Made by a program: the position numbers and the translations under genes
Part shown: positions 38,405 through 50,143 of the stretch, piece by piece
Layout of the letters: every line of letters starts with the position of its first letter
How positions within the stretch are numbered: the stretch's first letter is position 1
Assembly: GCF_028641065.1 (NCBI RefSeq)
Contig: NC_073406.1
Coordinates: forward strand, 13,764,001 to 13,828,000
Direction: 5' to 3'
Length of the DNA stretch: 64,000 bases
Origin: Leucoraja erinacea
Taxonomy: Eukaryota
The notes under the pieces: model-generated
What the model was told of the DNA's origin: nothing
Database searches by the model: none
Seen by the model: the letters and a program-made list of their open reading frames with translations, nothing else

Positions 38405-38777
38405 GGTCGAAGCCAGTCTTCACCATAGTCGAAACAGGTCTTCTTCATTGTCCTTTGAAGGTCTTCAACATAGCGGTGGGAGGCCTCCAACATAGTCGTA
38501 GGAGGTCGTAGACATGGTTGTGGAAGATCTTAGGAGGTCGTACACATAGTCGTGGAAGGTCGTAGGAGGTTGTAGGTTACCTCGACCTTGATTTCTTTAG
38601 GTCATTTAAGGTCATCAGAGGTCGCGAATTAGGTCGTGAAAGTGGGAAAGGGGCTTGATGCACTCTCTCCATTATTACCAGTCTTGCTGAAGTGTGGAGA
38701 CCAGAACGGTATATAATACCATAATTGTGCACTAACCTATGTTTTGTATATATTCCTAATCAACATATCTCTCAGAG

Positions 38778-39058
38778 CACCTCATATTCCGCCTGGGTTG
38801 CTTGCGTCCGAATGGCATGAACGTTGAATTCTCCCAGTTTTGCTAGCCCTTGCTGTCTCCTCCCCTTCCTTAACCATAGAGCTGTCTCCTCCCATCCCCC
38901 CGCCCTCGGGCTCCTCCTCCTCCCCCTTTTTCCTTCCTTCTCCCCCCCACCCCCCATCAGTCTGAAGAAGGGTTTCGGCCCGAAACGTCGCCTATTTCCT
39001 CCGCTCCATAGATGCTGCTGCACCCGCTGAGTTTCTCCAGCATTTTTGTGTACCTTTA
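38778..39058 (+). mobile_element. 5'-truncated Penelope-like element with 11-bp TSD
   Basis: HLIFRLGCLRPNGMNVEFSQFC* then 3' UTR; ATCTCTCAGAG at 38767-38777 and 39059-39069. Confidence 0.9.
38962..38989 (+). ncRNA. Minimal hammerhead motif, variant helix II
   Basis: CTGAAGA-A-GGGT-TTCG-GCCC-GAAAC-GTC. Confidence 0.75.
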
Positions 39059-39139
39059 ATCTCTCAGAGATGCCAAGATCCTGTACATTGCTGCTATTCC
39101 ACAGAGTATTCATGCCAAATGCATTTTAAATGCAGTGAA

Positions 39140-39430
39140 AGACCAACCCTTCAGATCTCATTCCAATTTCTTTCCTCTCACCTTAATCCCATGTCCTTAG
39201 ATTCTAGACTCCCCTGCTAAGGGAATAACACTGTGACCATCTATCCTATCTATGTCTTCATAACTTTATAAACCTCTCTCAGGTTATCCCTCAGCTTCCT
39301 GTGTTCCAGCGAGAATAGACCCAGCTTATCTCTCCTTAACCTCCTTTCTAATGAACATCCGGGTGAAGCTCTTATGCACTTTCTCTATTGCTGCCACATT
39401 CTTCCTGTAGTGTGGTAACCAGAACTCCAA
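39140..39430 (-). mobile_element. Old CR1 fragment
   Basis: Reverse RKLRDNLREVYKVM..IDRID motif. Confidence 0.75.
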
Positions 39431-39590
39431 TTGCGCTATAAAGCATGTTTGGTATCACCCAGTCAATTATGGATCTAATTCACCAACAAGATTTAGTAAC
39501 TTCTTTAAGAAACTCAAATTTATTGCAACTGTACAAAACACTAATTAGAGCACACTTGGAATACTGCATGCCATTCTGATTTTTGACCAC

Positions 39591-40100
39591 CGGGTGGTGC
39601 CCGTAATGGCGCCCGTAATGGCCTCCTCGCCAACAGTCTGCCCCATTTCATCTCTGTTTTTGTTATTTTGAGTGTGTCTTAAGGGTATGTTTTAGTGTTT
39701 CTTGGTATGTTTTATGTGGGGAGTGGGGGGAATTGGGGGAAACTTTTTTCAGCCACTTAACTCGAAGGAGATGCGATTTTTTTCCATGTCGCATCTCCGC
39801 CCCCCCCTGCGGCCTAAGAACATGGAGCGGTGCGGCACAGAGCTTCAAGCCATGGGCGCAGCGCAAACCTACCATCGCGGAGCCGGTGAACCTTTGCCGA
39901 GGATCGCCAGCGAAAGCGTTCCGACCGCTGGGCCTGTGGACTTTAACACCGTGAAGCCGCGGTCTCCGGTAAGAAGAAGCCGACTCGGGAGCTCCATGCC
40001 GCGAAGTGTTCTGATCCATCCCGACGCGAGGGCTTTGGACATCGGACCGTCGTCAGCGGCGAATGCTGAGGACAGAGGCATTGGGTTGGACAGAGGCATT
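39591..40100 (+). mobile_element. CpG-rich interspersed repeat, probably a LINE 5' UTR-like retroposon head
   Basis: Shares gat...ttttccat.tcg.atctc and ctgcggcctaa...tggagc with 8531-8590. Confidence 0.5.
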
Positions 40101-41185
40101 GTGAACCGAATCCTATTCATGTGTTGTACTGCTCTATGTTCTATATCGTACATCTGCATAGAATATCTTCTATGTTGCTTTACCCAGCTTAAATTGAAGT
40201 AATGAAGTAATGAAGCGATGGGCTGAGTTTCAAAGTAAACATCTTTTCCTTGAATAATTGTCTGCATTGACAAGATTTGTAACTCAAGTCTAGAGTGTTT
40301 CATTGTCATATGTCCAGAACAGAACAATGAAATTCTTGCTTCCAGCAGCACAACAAAATACATAAACATAGTACTCTACAAACACATATTTCTGCCCAGT
40401 TTAACACAACACGGATAAGGCAATATGACCAAACTTTAGCAGAAATCAGAATAACCTGATTTTGGCCAAGTGTCGAAAGTCCCTGTTGGTGAAATGTTCG
40501 CTATTTTATAGGCCTTTATATAGAACAGATGTTATTTAATTGGCAATGATAAACTCAAAAATCCCCCACCTGGAGCAAGATGCAGGCTTCAATGCTGCAA
40601 CAACAGCCAACTGTAACCTGCAAGTGTGAGCTCCTTGAAAAACTAAATGTGGAATGACAGGATTACACCTATCACATTAATCATGTCTAATTATGCCAAT
40701 ATTAAAGGAGAATTAATTGCCTTATCTAAAGAAATTAGATTCTGGGAGAATATTCTAACGTTTCCTTGCAGCGAAACAAGATGTCTCCTTATGTCTCCTT
40801 GTCACTATTACAGGTATCAATCATTCCTTCAACTATTATTTATGAGTTAATTTACTAATGGAACAAGATTAAGGCAATGAGGCAGCATTTTCCACTGCCT
40901 AAATTCCCCATTGTTTCGCTGTTAAGCAGAAACTCGGTTCTCCCAACCCCAGCGGGTTCATGACTCTCCCGATTCCAGCAATTTGTTTTGTTTAAAAAAA
41001 AAAATGACGGGTTTAAACTTTTGTTTTATTAGAGGTTGAAACGAGCAGACCATTTCCTCGCTGAAGCCCCCTGATGTTTAGCAGTGCTGCTCGGTGAATT
41101 AATGAGTGTAACGTGAACTGAGATTTAATTTTATAAGATTGAAGACGCTCGCAAAATGATGTGCTCCTAATTATCTTGAATGACA

Positions 41186-41332
41186 TTCCAACCACATTCC
41201 AAAGACATGCAGGTTTGTAGGTAAATTGGCTTCGAAAAGTGTAGGGTAGAACTAGTGCATGTGTGATCACTGGTCGGTTTGGACTCTGTGGGCCAAAGGA
41301 CCTCTTTCCACACCGTATCTATAAACTAAACT
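41186..41332 (+). mobile_element. V-SINE 3' half
   Basis: ccacattccaaagacatgcaggtttgtag...taaactaaac. Confidence 0.8.
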
Positions 41333-41849
41333 TTTATGGAAGTTGTGACAGAATATTTTAAGGGAGAAAAAAATGTAAAATATGGTTTATTTTAATAGAG
41401 GCAAAGTCTTTCATTAGTACAATGCCATTCCCAAGTGACCTCAGGTTTTTGAATGGATTAAGAAAACGTACTTCATATTTTCTAACGACGACTAATCTAA
41501 ATATGATCTTTTAAACTGGAACTCACGTTACTTTCTATTTCAATGACATTGGTCGATGTGGGACTTTCTTTTGAATTCATTTAGGGGATGTGGCTATTAC
41601 TGACAAGCCACTTTATAATTACCTTGAGAATAGTGGCGAATTATCGTCTTGAATTGTTGCAGTCAGTCAGTGTGCTGAAAGTACACTCACAGTGTTCTCA
41701 CACAGACAGTTGAAGGATTTTCATCAAGCAAGAAGAAAATAGTGATAGATTTCCAAACAATGACGGTGAGATTGAGAGTTGTGGGTGATGGCATTCCCAC
41801 ACAGCTAACATCCTTGTTCACCATGTCAGGCATTTGGGACACAGCATAT

Positions 41850-42153
41850 TTCTCTAATTTCACGTAACCTTTGCATTCCCTCTCTCTGTCCACCCCTCCC
41901 CCACCCTAGTCATCTTGCTAGTCTCACTGTTCTTATCCCTTCGTTTTCACCTCCTCCTCCACCAACAACGGACCATTGTGGACTCTTTGGCCATCGCTGC
42001 TGTCTGATCTGTTCGGCACCTTTTCATATCTCTAGTTTCCCTCTACCTTGACTCTCAGTCTGAAGAAGGGTCTCGACCCGAAACGTCACCTATTTCTTTT
42101 CTCCAGAGATGCTGCCTGACCCGCTGAGTGTTACTCCAGCTTTTTGTGTCTAT
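41850..42153 (+). mobile_element. PLE 3' UTR with intact hammerhead core (42060-42087)
   Basis: Exact CTGAAGAAGGGTCTCGACCCGAAACGTC. Confidence 0.85.
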
Positions 42154-43229
42154 TACAAACCTTTACCGTGGTGCATTTTATAGATGGTGCACACTGCAGC
42201 CAAGGAGCATCAGTGGTGGAGGGAGTGAATTTTTTTTGTGATCAGATGTAAAATTGTGAATCTAGGCACCATGTCTGATATTAGCATTCAGTGTGCAGGT
42301 TCTGTCTTCGCTGCATGGACAGTTGTAAAGGCTGCAGCTTTCAGATAAGTGTTATACATTCACACAGGGCTATCTTACTTATTTATCTATAAATAAGGTG
42401 TTTATTTTATGAAATGTGGATCTGAATCAAACTCATTCAGATCCCTTTCTATAAAAAAAAAGCAGAAAATGTTGGAAGCACTCAACAAGTCAGGCTGCAT
42501 CTATGATGAGAGAAACGGGGTCTATATTTTAGGTCAACAATCCTTGAACAGAACGAGAAAAATTAGAAAACAAGTGTTTTTTAGGTTGTAAAGAGATAGA
42601 GGGTTGGAGGGAACAAAAGCAATGTCTATGGTCAGGTGGAGACCAAAGTTCTCAAGATAATTAGCATCTCCTATTCCATCCGACCATGTTACATGGACTT
42701 TCAGGGACTGAACATTAAATTCGACTGTGTCAGGAAACCAGCTGTTTTTATTCTCTCGACAGATGTTCATGGATAATTCAAGTTCAGTTTGTTTCTTTGT
42801 TTCTTTCATGCCTCTAATCTGGATGATTATCTTGACAACTGGTCTCTATCCTATCACAGACAATCTGCTGGAGGAACTCATGGGGTCAGGCAGCATAACA
42901 ACCCCGGATCCTAATGCAAACACCAATTTTCTTGGATTATTTGGTGCTTCAGATCAGGATCCGGAGTTCCTATTGTCCCTGGTTTCCGAGTTTCTATTTT
43001 CCCAGCTTAGGTTTTGTTGTGGATATATTACACTTGATTCCCTCTTCAGTCAATGATGTATATTATAGCCTCAGCAATGATCCCCCTGGTACCCAATGAA
43101 ATACTAAGTCAATAATAAACTATCAATTACTATGGGACTATCCCATCGTTTAAGCAACAGTTAAACAGGTTCCATTGACTCAGTGAGAACGTCTTTAAAA
43201 GTGAGGAAAATTGAGATCTCTATGGCACA

Positions 43230-43595
43230 ACAGCAACGTACTGAACAGGGAGGAGGTGGAATGTTGGGATCTCTCCTATAGTGGCTACTGTGTGGACCAT
43301 CTACAACATGGTCTTCATTTACTCACCCAGGCTTTTCCGCCAGCACGTCCCAAACCCATTACCTCTACCAACAAGAACGACAAGGCCAGCTGGCGTGCGT
43401 GACCACCACCTCTTGTAGGTTCCCTCCCAAATCACACACCGATCAGTCCTGAAAATGCGTCACCAGTCCTCCATCGTTGTTGGGTCGAAATCCTGGTAAT
43501 TCCACATCAGTCCCGTGGGACACCTTCACCTAAGGTTCGGCACTCAAGAAGGTGGCTCACCATCACCTTCTCAAGAGCAATTAAGGACGTGGACC
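43230..43595 (+). mobile_element. Ancient CR1/L2-group LINE 3' fragment (reverse copies about 6220-6320 and 41570-41840)
   Basis: gggtcgaaatcctgg...aagaaggtggctcaccatcaccttctcaag (KKVAHHHLLK). Confidence 0.55.
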
Positions 43596-43893
43596 AAAAA
43601 TGCAAATACAAAAAATATTTGAATGGGATCTTGGCATACGCCAAAACTGCAGTTGATAACACTATGCCTATGGATATCCATCTCACCAGCCCAAGATGCA
43701 GATCACCTGTTCCTGGGGATTCATAGGTTTTAATTTCTCTAAAACAGTTATATTGTTATATTCTCCAATGTTGTTATATTGTCTGGAAAGTCTAGTCCAG
43801 ATACTGGTTCCATTGACTTCAAGAAGGTCTTTAAAAGTAGATAGGGCATGATATATTTGCAGAGGTGTGATCATGGGTCGCGACTTCCCTTTG

Positions 43894-44002
43894 ATTTCTA
43901 TGGAAGAGATGTTTGATAGTATTGGCAATCAGGCTGCAGAGATTAGCATTTCTATGGAAGAGATGTTTGATAGTATTGGCAATCAGGCTGCAGAGATTAG
44001 CA
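43894..44002. repeat. Perfect 54-bp tandem duplication
   Basis: atttctatggaagagatgtttgatagtattggcaatcaggctgcagagattagc twice. Confidence 0.95.
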
Positions 44003-44224
44003 CTCCAGTATTGATGTTTAACAATGTTTTACTGTGTACCTGATATCTTATTGCCCGATTGCCTTCCCATAGAGAGGCATTATATCTCCAGTGGAGAGCA
44101 TCAAGATGAAAGCATTTTCTACTGTGCACACACACACACACACACACACACTCAGTTCTGCGCCTCCACAGAAGGCTGGTATTTGTCATCTCCTTACCTC
44201 TGGCATCAGATATCACCTACAGTG

Positions 44225-45180
44225 AGGGTGTGGTGAAGGTAAAGGTGTATGTTTTGTGCATGTGTATGTGCCTGTGCATGTGTCACTGTGTGTGTGAGTT
44301 TTGTGTGTATGTGCTTGCGATGAGCACGTGTGATCGTATGTGTGTTCCTATGTGCCTTTGCGTTCATATAATAGTATGGATTTGTTTGCATGTTTGTGCA
44401 TGTGTGTGTGTTTGTATGTATTTGGGTGTACTTGTGTGAGCGTGTGTGTGTGTGAGAGGGAGAGAGTGTGTTTATGTGAGTGTGTGTCACAGAATCAGAG
44501 TTATAGAGCTATATACAGCATGGAAACAAACCCTTTGGCCCACCTTGTCAATACCATCCAACATGGCACACTGAGCCAGTCCCATTTACCTGCATTTGCC
44601 CCACATTCCTCTATATCTTTCCTGTCCAGATATCTGTCCAAATGTCATTTGAAAGTCATAATTGTATCCGCTTCCAAAGACTCCTCTGGAGGCTTATACC
44701 AGATATTGACTTCCCTCTCAGTGAAAAGGTTGCCCCTCAGGTCCGTTTTAAATCTCTCCTCTTTCAAGTTAAACCTTTGCCCTCCAATATTTGAATCCTC
44801 GACCCCAGTAAAAAGATTGCCACCGTTCACTTGTGAGTATGAGCGTGCGTGTTTGCATCCATGAGCTTGTGTGTGAGAGCAAGAGTGAATGTTTGTATGT
44901 GAGTGTTTAGTTTACTTCTGTGTGTTTTTGTGCATGCATGTGTGCGTTTGAGTGTATTTGTGTGTGTTTGTGTATGTGTGAGTGTTTGTGTGTGTCTGTG
45001 TGCGCTTGTGTGGTGTTTTATGTGTGTGAGTGTGTATTTGTGTGCGAGTTCTTGTGTTTGTGTGCATCACCATGTGTGCGTGTATTTGTGTGTGAGTGAG
45101 ACTATGTATGAAACTGCATATGCGTGAATGTGTGAGAGTCTGTGTGTGTGTGTTTGTGAGAGTGTGCATGCACATGTGCG
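44225..45180. repeat. Degenerate (TG)n field split by a - strand CR1 3' fragment (44490-44830)
   Basis: TG-rich sequence on both sides; FKTDLRGNLFTEREVNIWYKPPEE; (CA)n at 44126-44151. Confidence 0.9.
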
Positions 45181-45609
45181 TTCTCTGCCCGTTTGCCTGC
45201 TGCTGTTCACGTGCATCTATGTGCATCATATGTAGTGCAGGAGCTCCCAGGAGTTGTGGATCTATCCACAAGACGTGGTCACCTCAGGCAAGTCGAGTCT
45301 TCAATACTGACCTCTGACTGCCCCTGAAGTCGGTGTCTTGGAGTGAGGTCCACCATGGAGCGAAGGGTTGGAGCCACTTTCAAGTCGTGTTCATGCCCCA
45401 ATTGAACTTTTCCATTGATCCAGAAGATGCATGTCCCAGATTATTAATATTCTGAAATCGATGAAACAAATTTAAATTTATCTGTTGGGGATTTGAAGCC
45501 ACAACTCTGAATCAACAGTTCGGAACTCAACATTAAGCTCAGAAAATTAACCACTTTGTCCCATACTTTCTCTTTGATTATCTGTTCCAGAGGAATAGAG
45601 GCAGGCTAG

Positions 45610-46205
45610 ATGAAAGGGCAAGGATAGGCAGATGGAGTATAATGCGAAAAGAATATCAAGCCATCCACTTTGATGGGCAAAATAAAAAAGATTAAAATGT
45701 GTTAATGTTCAGAGGAACCGAAATTTCCTTGTAAATGAACCACTATAAGTAACCATACAGGTATGGCAAGCAATTAAGATGGCAAATAGTATTCCGGCTT
45801 TAAGTGCTAGGGCATTGGATTATACGAAGTAAGGTTGTATTATTGGAGTGATAAGGAGGCTTGGTGAGAGTACAAATGGCACATTGTGCCTAAGTCAGTC
45901 CCTCTACAAAAGAAAGAGTACACTTGCTAGAAAGGGAATGTAACAAAGATTAAGCAGATTGATTTCAGGGATTGATTTGTCGCATAAGGAGAGATTAGGC
46001 AGACTAAGTTATTCTCCGCTTTATTGAAGGAGAGCTAATCTCGGACAAACCTTACTGGGCTTGAGCATCAGGTGCAGAGGATGTTTCTATGCTTGAGGAG
46101 TCCAGGAGTGGGGCGCACAGTTGACGAATAAAGGGGAAATTGCTTTGGACTGTGACGAGGAGAATATTCCTCACAGAGTCATGGACCATCAATTCACAGA
46201 ATTGT
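45610..46205 (+). mobile_element. Old CR1 ORF2 3' fragment
   Basis: WQMEYN..K, LVR, IKGKLLWTVTRRIFLT motifs. Confidence 0.7.
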
Positions 46206-46782
46206 ACAGTGCAGAGCCGGCTGTACTTATTGAGAAGGCTCTGCTCCTTCAACTTCTGCAGTAAGATGCTGCAGATGTTCTACCAATCGGTGGTAGCCAG
46301 TGCCATCTTCTTCGCTGCCGTGTGCTGGGGCAGCAGAGCGAGGGCCGCGGGCACCAATAGGATCAACAAACTCATCAAGAAGGCCGGTTCCGTCCTGGGG
46401 GTGGAGTTGGATTCATGGCAGGTGGTCTTGGAGGAAAGGATGCTCCTCAAACTGCGAAGCATCTTGGACAATACAGCTCACCCCTTCCATGACACACTGG
46501 TCAACCTGAGGAGTACCTTAAGCAACAGACTGGTTCCACCAAGATAAGTAGAGAATGCCACAGGAGATCTTTCTTCCTTGTGGCTATCAAACTGTATAAC
46601 TCCTCCCCCTTCTGTCAGGTGAACTGACTCCCCCTCCCCCCCTCCCCCCTCCCCCCCCCCCCCCTCCCCCCCCCCAATCTTTGCACGTCTTTACTTTCAT
46701 GTTTCATGTATTTTGTGTTTCATGACTGTTGGCAGATCAATTTTCCTACTGGAATAAATAAAGTTCTATCGTATAGTATCGT
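46206..46782 (+). mobile_element. Rex1/Babar-type LINE 3' fragment
   Basis: QSRLYLLRRLCSFNFCSKMLQMFYQSVVASAIFFAAVCWG...ILDNTAHPFH; AATAAA plus (TATCG)n tail. Confidence 0.85.
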
Positions 46783-47021
46783 AGAAAGAAGCCCTTCGGA
46801 CCACTGAGTCCACACCGACAATCAGCATTTATACCAATCCTACATTAAGGACAGTTTCTTCCCAGCTGTTATCAGACAACTGAACCATCCTACCAACAAT
46901 TAGAGAGCAGTCCTGAGCTACTATGTACTGTACCTCATTGGAGACCCTTTGATCAGACTATTGGATGTTATCGTGCACTAAACGTTATTCCCTTTATCAT
47001 GTATCTGTACTCTGTGAATGG

Positions 47022-47250
47022 CTTTTGTGTGAAAAAGTTGCCCCTCAGGTTCCTATTAAATCTTTTCCCTCGCACAAGTCTATTTCCTCTGATTTTTGAT
47101 TCCCCTACTTTGGGTAAAAGACTCTGCTCATCTACCCTATCTATTCCTCTCATGATCCTATATACCTCTATAAGATCACCCATCCTAGCCTGCCAAACTG
47201 CTCCCTATAGCTTAGGCCCACCAGTCCTTGCAACATCCTCATAAAGTTCT
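47022..47250 (-). mobile_element. CR1 fragment
   Basis: GDLIEVYRIMRGIDRVD...NLRGNFFTQ. Confidence 0.85.
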
Positions 47251-47721
47251 CTACTCTGGTCGGCTGTGGAAGCTCAGTCATTATTTTCATTCAGTACAGA
47301 GACTGGTACTTTTCCCGGGGCTTTACAGGAATCATGAGGTATGGCTCATAGAAAATGGCTCTGAGGTGGAAGAGTAAACATGATCCTGTGGGAACCTGAA
47401 ACGTCACCTATCCATGTTTGTCAGAGATGCTGCCTGACTCACTAGGTTATTCCAGCACTTTGTGTCATTCATTTTAACTGGGTGTCAGTGATACCTCCTG
47501 TTTCAAAAACCCAAGAGACCGTATTGACCACAAGGTATCAGCCATTGTCCTCTTCTTTAATGGTTACCTCTTCACAATGATGCGCAATACTTTAAGAATT
47601 GTGGTTGAGTTATTTGTACATCAGATTAAAATTTTCTTTCAAAAATGCTGCTCATTCAATTTTACAAGTGTGAAGAAAGACATTATTTCTTTTTCACAGT
47701 TATATTGTGCTAGAATTATTT

Positions 47722-48192
47722 TTAAATTAATATTACAATTTTGGAAAAACCCAACAACCCCCACAATCTAAGTGTGGATTATGGAGATGTCGGAGACCTT
47801 ACATTTGGAAAAAATGAGACTTGGCTTAATTGACAAACCAGAATTATTTGCTAGAATATGGTCTCCATTTCTTGATTTTCTGAAAGGGTAAATTGATCCA
47901 ATACGGAGGCCTGACTGAAACTTGAATCCAGGATTGGATGAATGGTTACGTTTTATAATCTATGGACCTATCTCCAAAGCTGTATTATTGGTAATTTATT
48001 CTATTTTTTAAATCTTTTTTTTCCTTTCTTTCTATCTATAAAAAAAATAAACAAATAGAAGCTATGTTAATATGCAATTGGTAAACGAGGACCCCAGCTA
48101 TTTTGATAACTGAGATCCCAGCTATTAACAATATGTAATTGATAAACAAATTGTGTTTTGATTACAATATGTATATGCTTCTAATAAAAATA
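47722..48192 (+). mobile_element. L1-clade LINE 3' end
   Basis: KLILQFWKNPTTPTI*VWIMEMSETLHLEKMRL...FARIWSPFLDFLKG* resembles fish L1 ORF2 C-terminus; T-rich UTR, AATAAA at 48183. Confidence 0.75.
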
Positions 48193-48402
48193 TTATACAC
48201 AAATTATTTTAATCGTTCCTTCTAAATCCTGAGAAATAAATATCTCCAGGGTGATACAACATTGTAACATGAGATTTTTCTCCAAATTTTCCAGCTAGTC
48301 TAAAATTCATCTGTATCACAATACTGCCACCTACTGATGAGATCCCTATATACTTCTATACCACATCCTGAATTAGTCACTACAGAGTTATTTTCTTGTG
48401 TC

Positions 48403-48856
48403 ACTCAGCGGGTCAGACAGCATCTATGGAAAAAAGGAATAGGGGACGTTTCGGGTCGAGGCCATTCTTCAGAAGAAGAGTTCTTCTGGAAGGGGTGTCA
48501 TTCTGGAATAGGTGACATTTCGTGTTGAGACCCCTCTGAAGAAGAAGGGTCTCAACCCGAAACGTCACCAATTCCTTCTCTCCAGAGATGCTGTCTGAGT
48601 CATTGACTTACTCCAGCTTTTTGTGTCTATCTTAAACCAGCATCTACAGTTGCTTCCAACACAGTTATTTTCTTCCTGTCTTAGCCAGTCCCTCAGGACC
48701 GAGGATGTCTTTCTTCTACACTGTTGATCTTCAGTCCAAAGAAGGGTCTCGACCTGATATACGCCATCCATTCCTTCTCTCCAGAGATGCTGGCAGTCCC
48801 ACTGGGTAAATCCAGCAATTTGTGTCTATCTTTGGTGTAAACCAGCACCTGCAATG
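48403..48856. mobile_element. Cluster of four PLE modules (two - strand, two + strand)
   Basis: Hammerhead-like cores at 48445-48472 (-), about 48513-48533 (-, partial), 48536-48566 (+), about 48735-48765 (+, decayed). Confidence 0.8.
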
Positions 48857-49834
48857 GAATGGAATACTTTATGGAATAGAATACAAAGCACATTGAAATT
48901 CCTTGCTTGCATTCCTTTGCTCCCCTTGTGCTTCCCCCTCCCTCACGATGGTCCCCCCATGCTCTCATCAATCGCCGACCTTGGGTCGACCCACGAGGCT
49001 TCGCCGCCGCCGCGAGGCTTCACCCCCACCGAGGCCCCATCGTTGCGAGGCACCACCACAGCCACAGAGGCTCTACCACCACCACCGAATCCCCAATGCT
49101 GCCGTTGAGGCACCAACGCCACCGAGGTTTCACCGCCGTCGGCGAGGTTTTACAGTGGCTTTACCAATGCCGAGGCCCCACATCAAGAGTTCTTTCCTGC
49201 TCACATTGTATCAAGTGGCCATTTGCTGTGCCACACCTCCCCACCTGCCACAATAGGGAGGACTTCTCCTCACACAGATGCACCTTCAAAGCTCATCACT
49301 GTTTGTAAGCATTCATGCATTGAGTGGAAGTAGCTTAAAGGCAAGTTCTTTCTTATATCAATGGTTCCTCTATTTGTTTCTCAACTCCCTCATTGAAAAC
49401 CTAAAGCACAGGTTTGCAATATATTTCCAATTGATTCGTCTGAGTTCTGATGTGAAAAGTTTTCTGACTCTTCTTTGTGTTGAAAATACTCTTGTGAACT
49501 GATGCAAAATATTTTATGAATTTGTCATATGCCTCAACATCTTAAATTAAGCTCGGGGATTTTGATGATTTGAAAGGATTTTGAGTTATTTCAAAGAAAG
49601 GAAGAACTTGTTTCATGTAGCACTTTTCACAGCTTCAGGACCTTGCACCAAAGAACTTTTGAAATGTTGCATTGTTCCCACAAGAGCTCACTGCAGGCCA
49701 CACCTGAATATTTAGCCCAGGAAATGATATTAGCCCCGGGCACAGAATGACTTCCAGCATGGAAGCATCATGTAAAACAGAACTGTAACTCCAAGTGACC
49801 CCAGGAAATAATAATTCACAGTTAATATGCACTA

Positions 49835-50143
49835 CTTTAGACTCTCGACTTTAGAGATTCAGCGTGGAAAAAGGCCCTTCGGCCCACCGAGTCCACACCG
49901 ATCGGCGACCCCGCCCATACAAACACTATCCCAAACACTAGGGACAAATTACAATTTTACCCAAGCCAATTAACCTGAATGTCTTTGGAGAGTGGGAGGA
50001 ACCTGGAGCAGCCGGACAAAACCCACATGGTCACAGGGAGAACGCACACACTCCATACAGACGGCACCCGTAGACAGGATCGAACCCAGGGTCTCTGGGG
50101 CGATAAGGCAGTAACTCTACTGCTGTGCCGTTGTGCTGCCCCA
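49835..50143 (-). mobile_element. V-SINE, full length
   Basis: Head, V-domain and tail in reverse. Confidence 0.9.

Larger units (their letters stand above)
37363..38655. mobile_element. Internally deleted PIF/Harbinger DNA transposon (1.29 kb)
   Basis: About 30-bp TIR AGCCCCTGTCCCACTTTCACGACCTAATTC / GAATTAGGTCGTGAAAGTGGGAAAGGGGCT; flanks TTA and TGA; subterminal GGTCGTAGG repeats; interrupts a CR1 fragment. Confidence 0.9.

Noticed and set aside
39663-40369. Overlapping long ORFs on both strands
   Set aside because: Expected from a GC-rich repeat with few stop codons
44206-45317. His/Thr- and Cys/Val-rich ORFs
   Set aside because: Translations of a (TG)n field and a CR1 fragment
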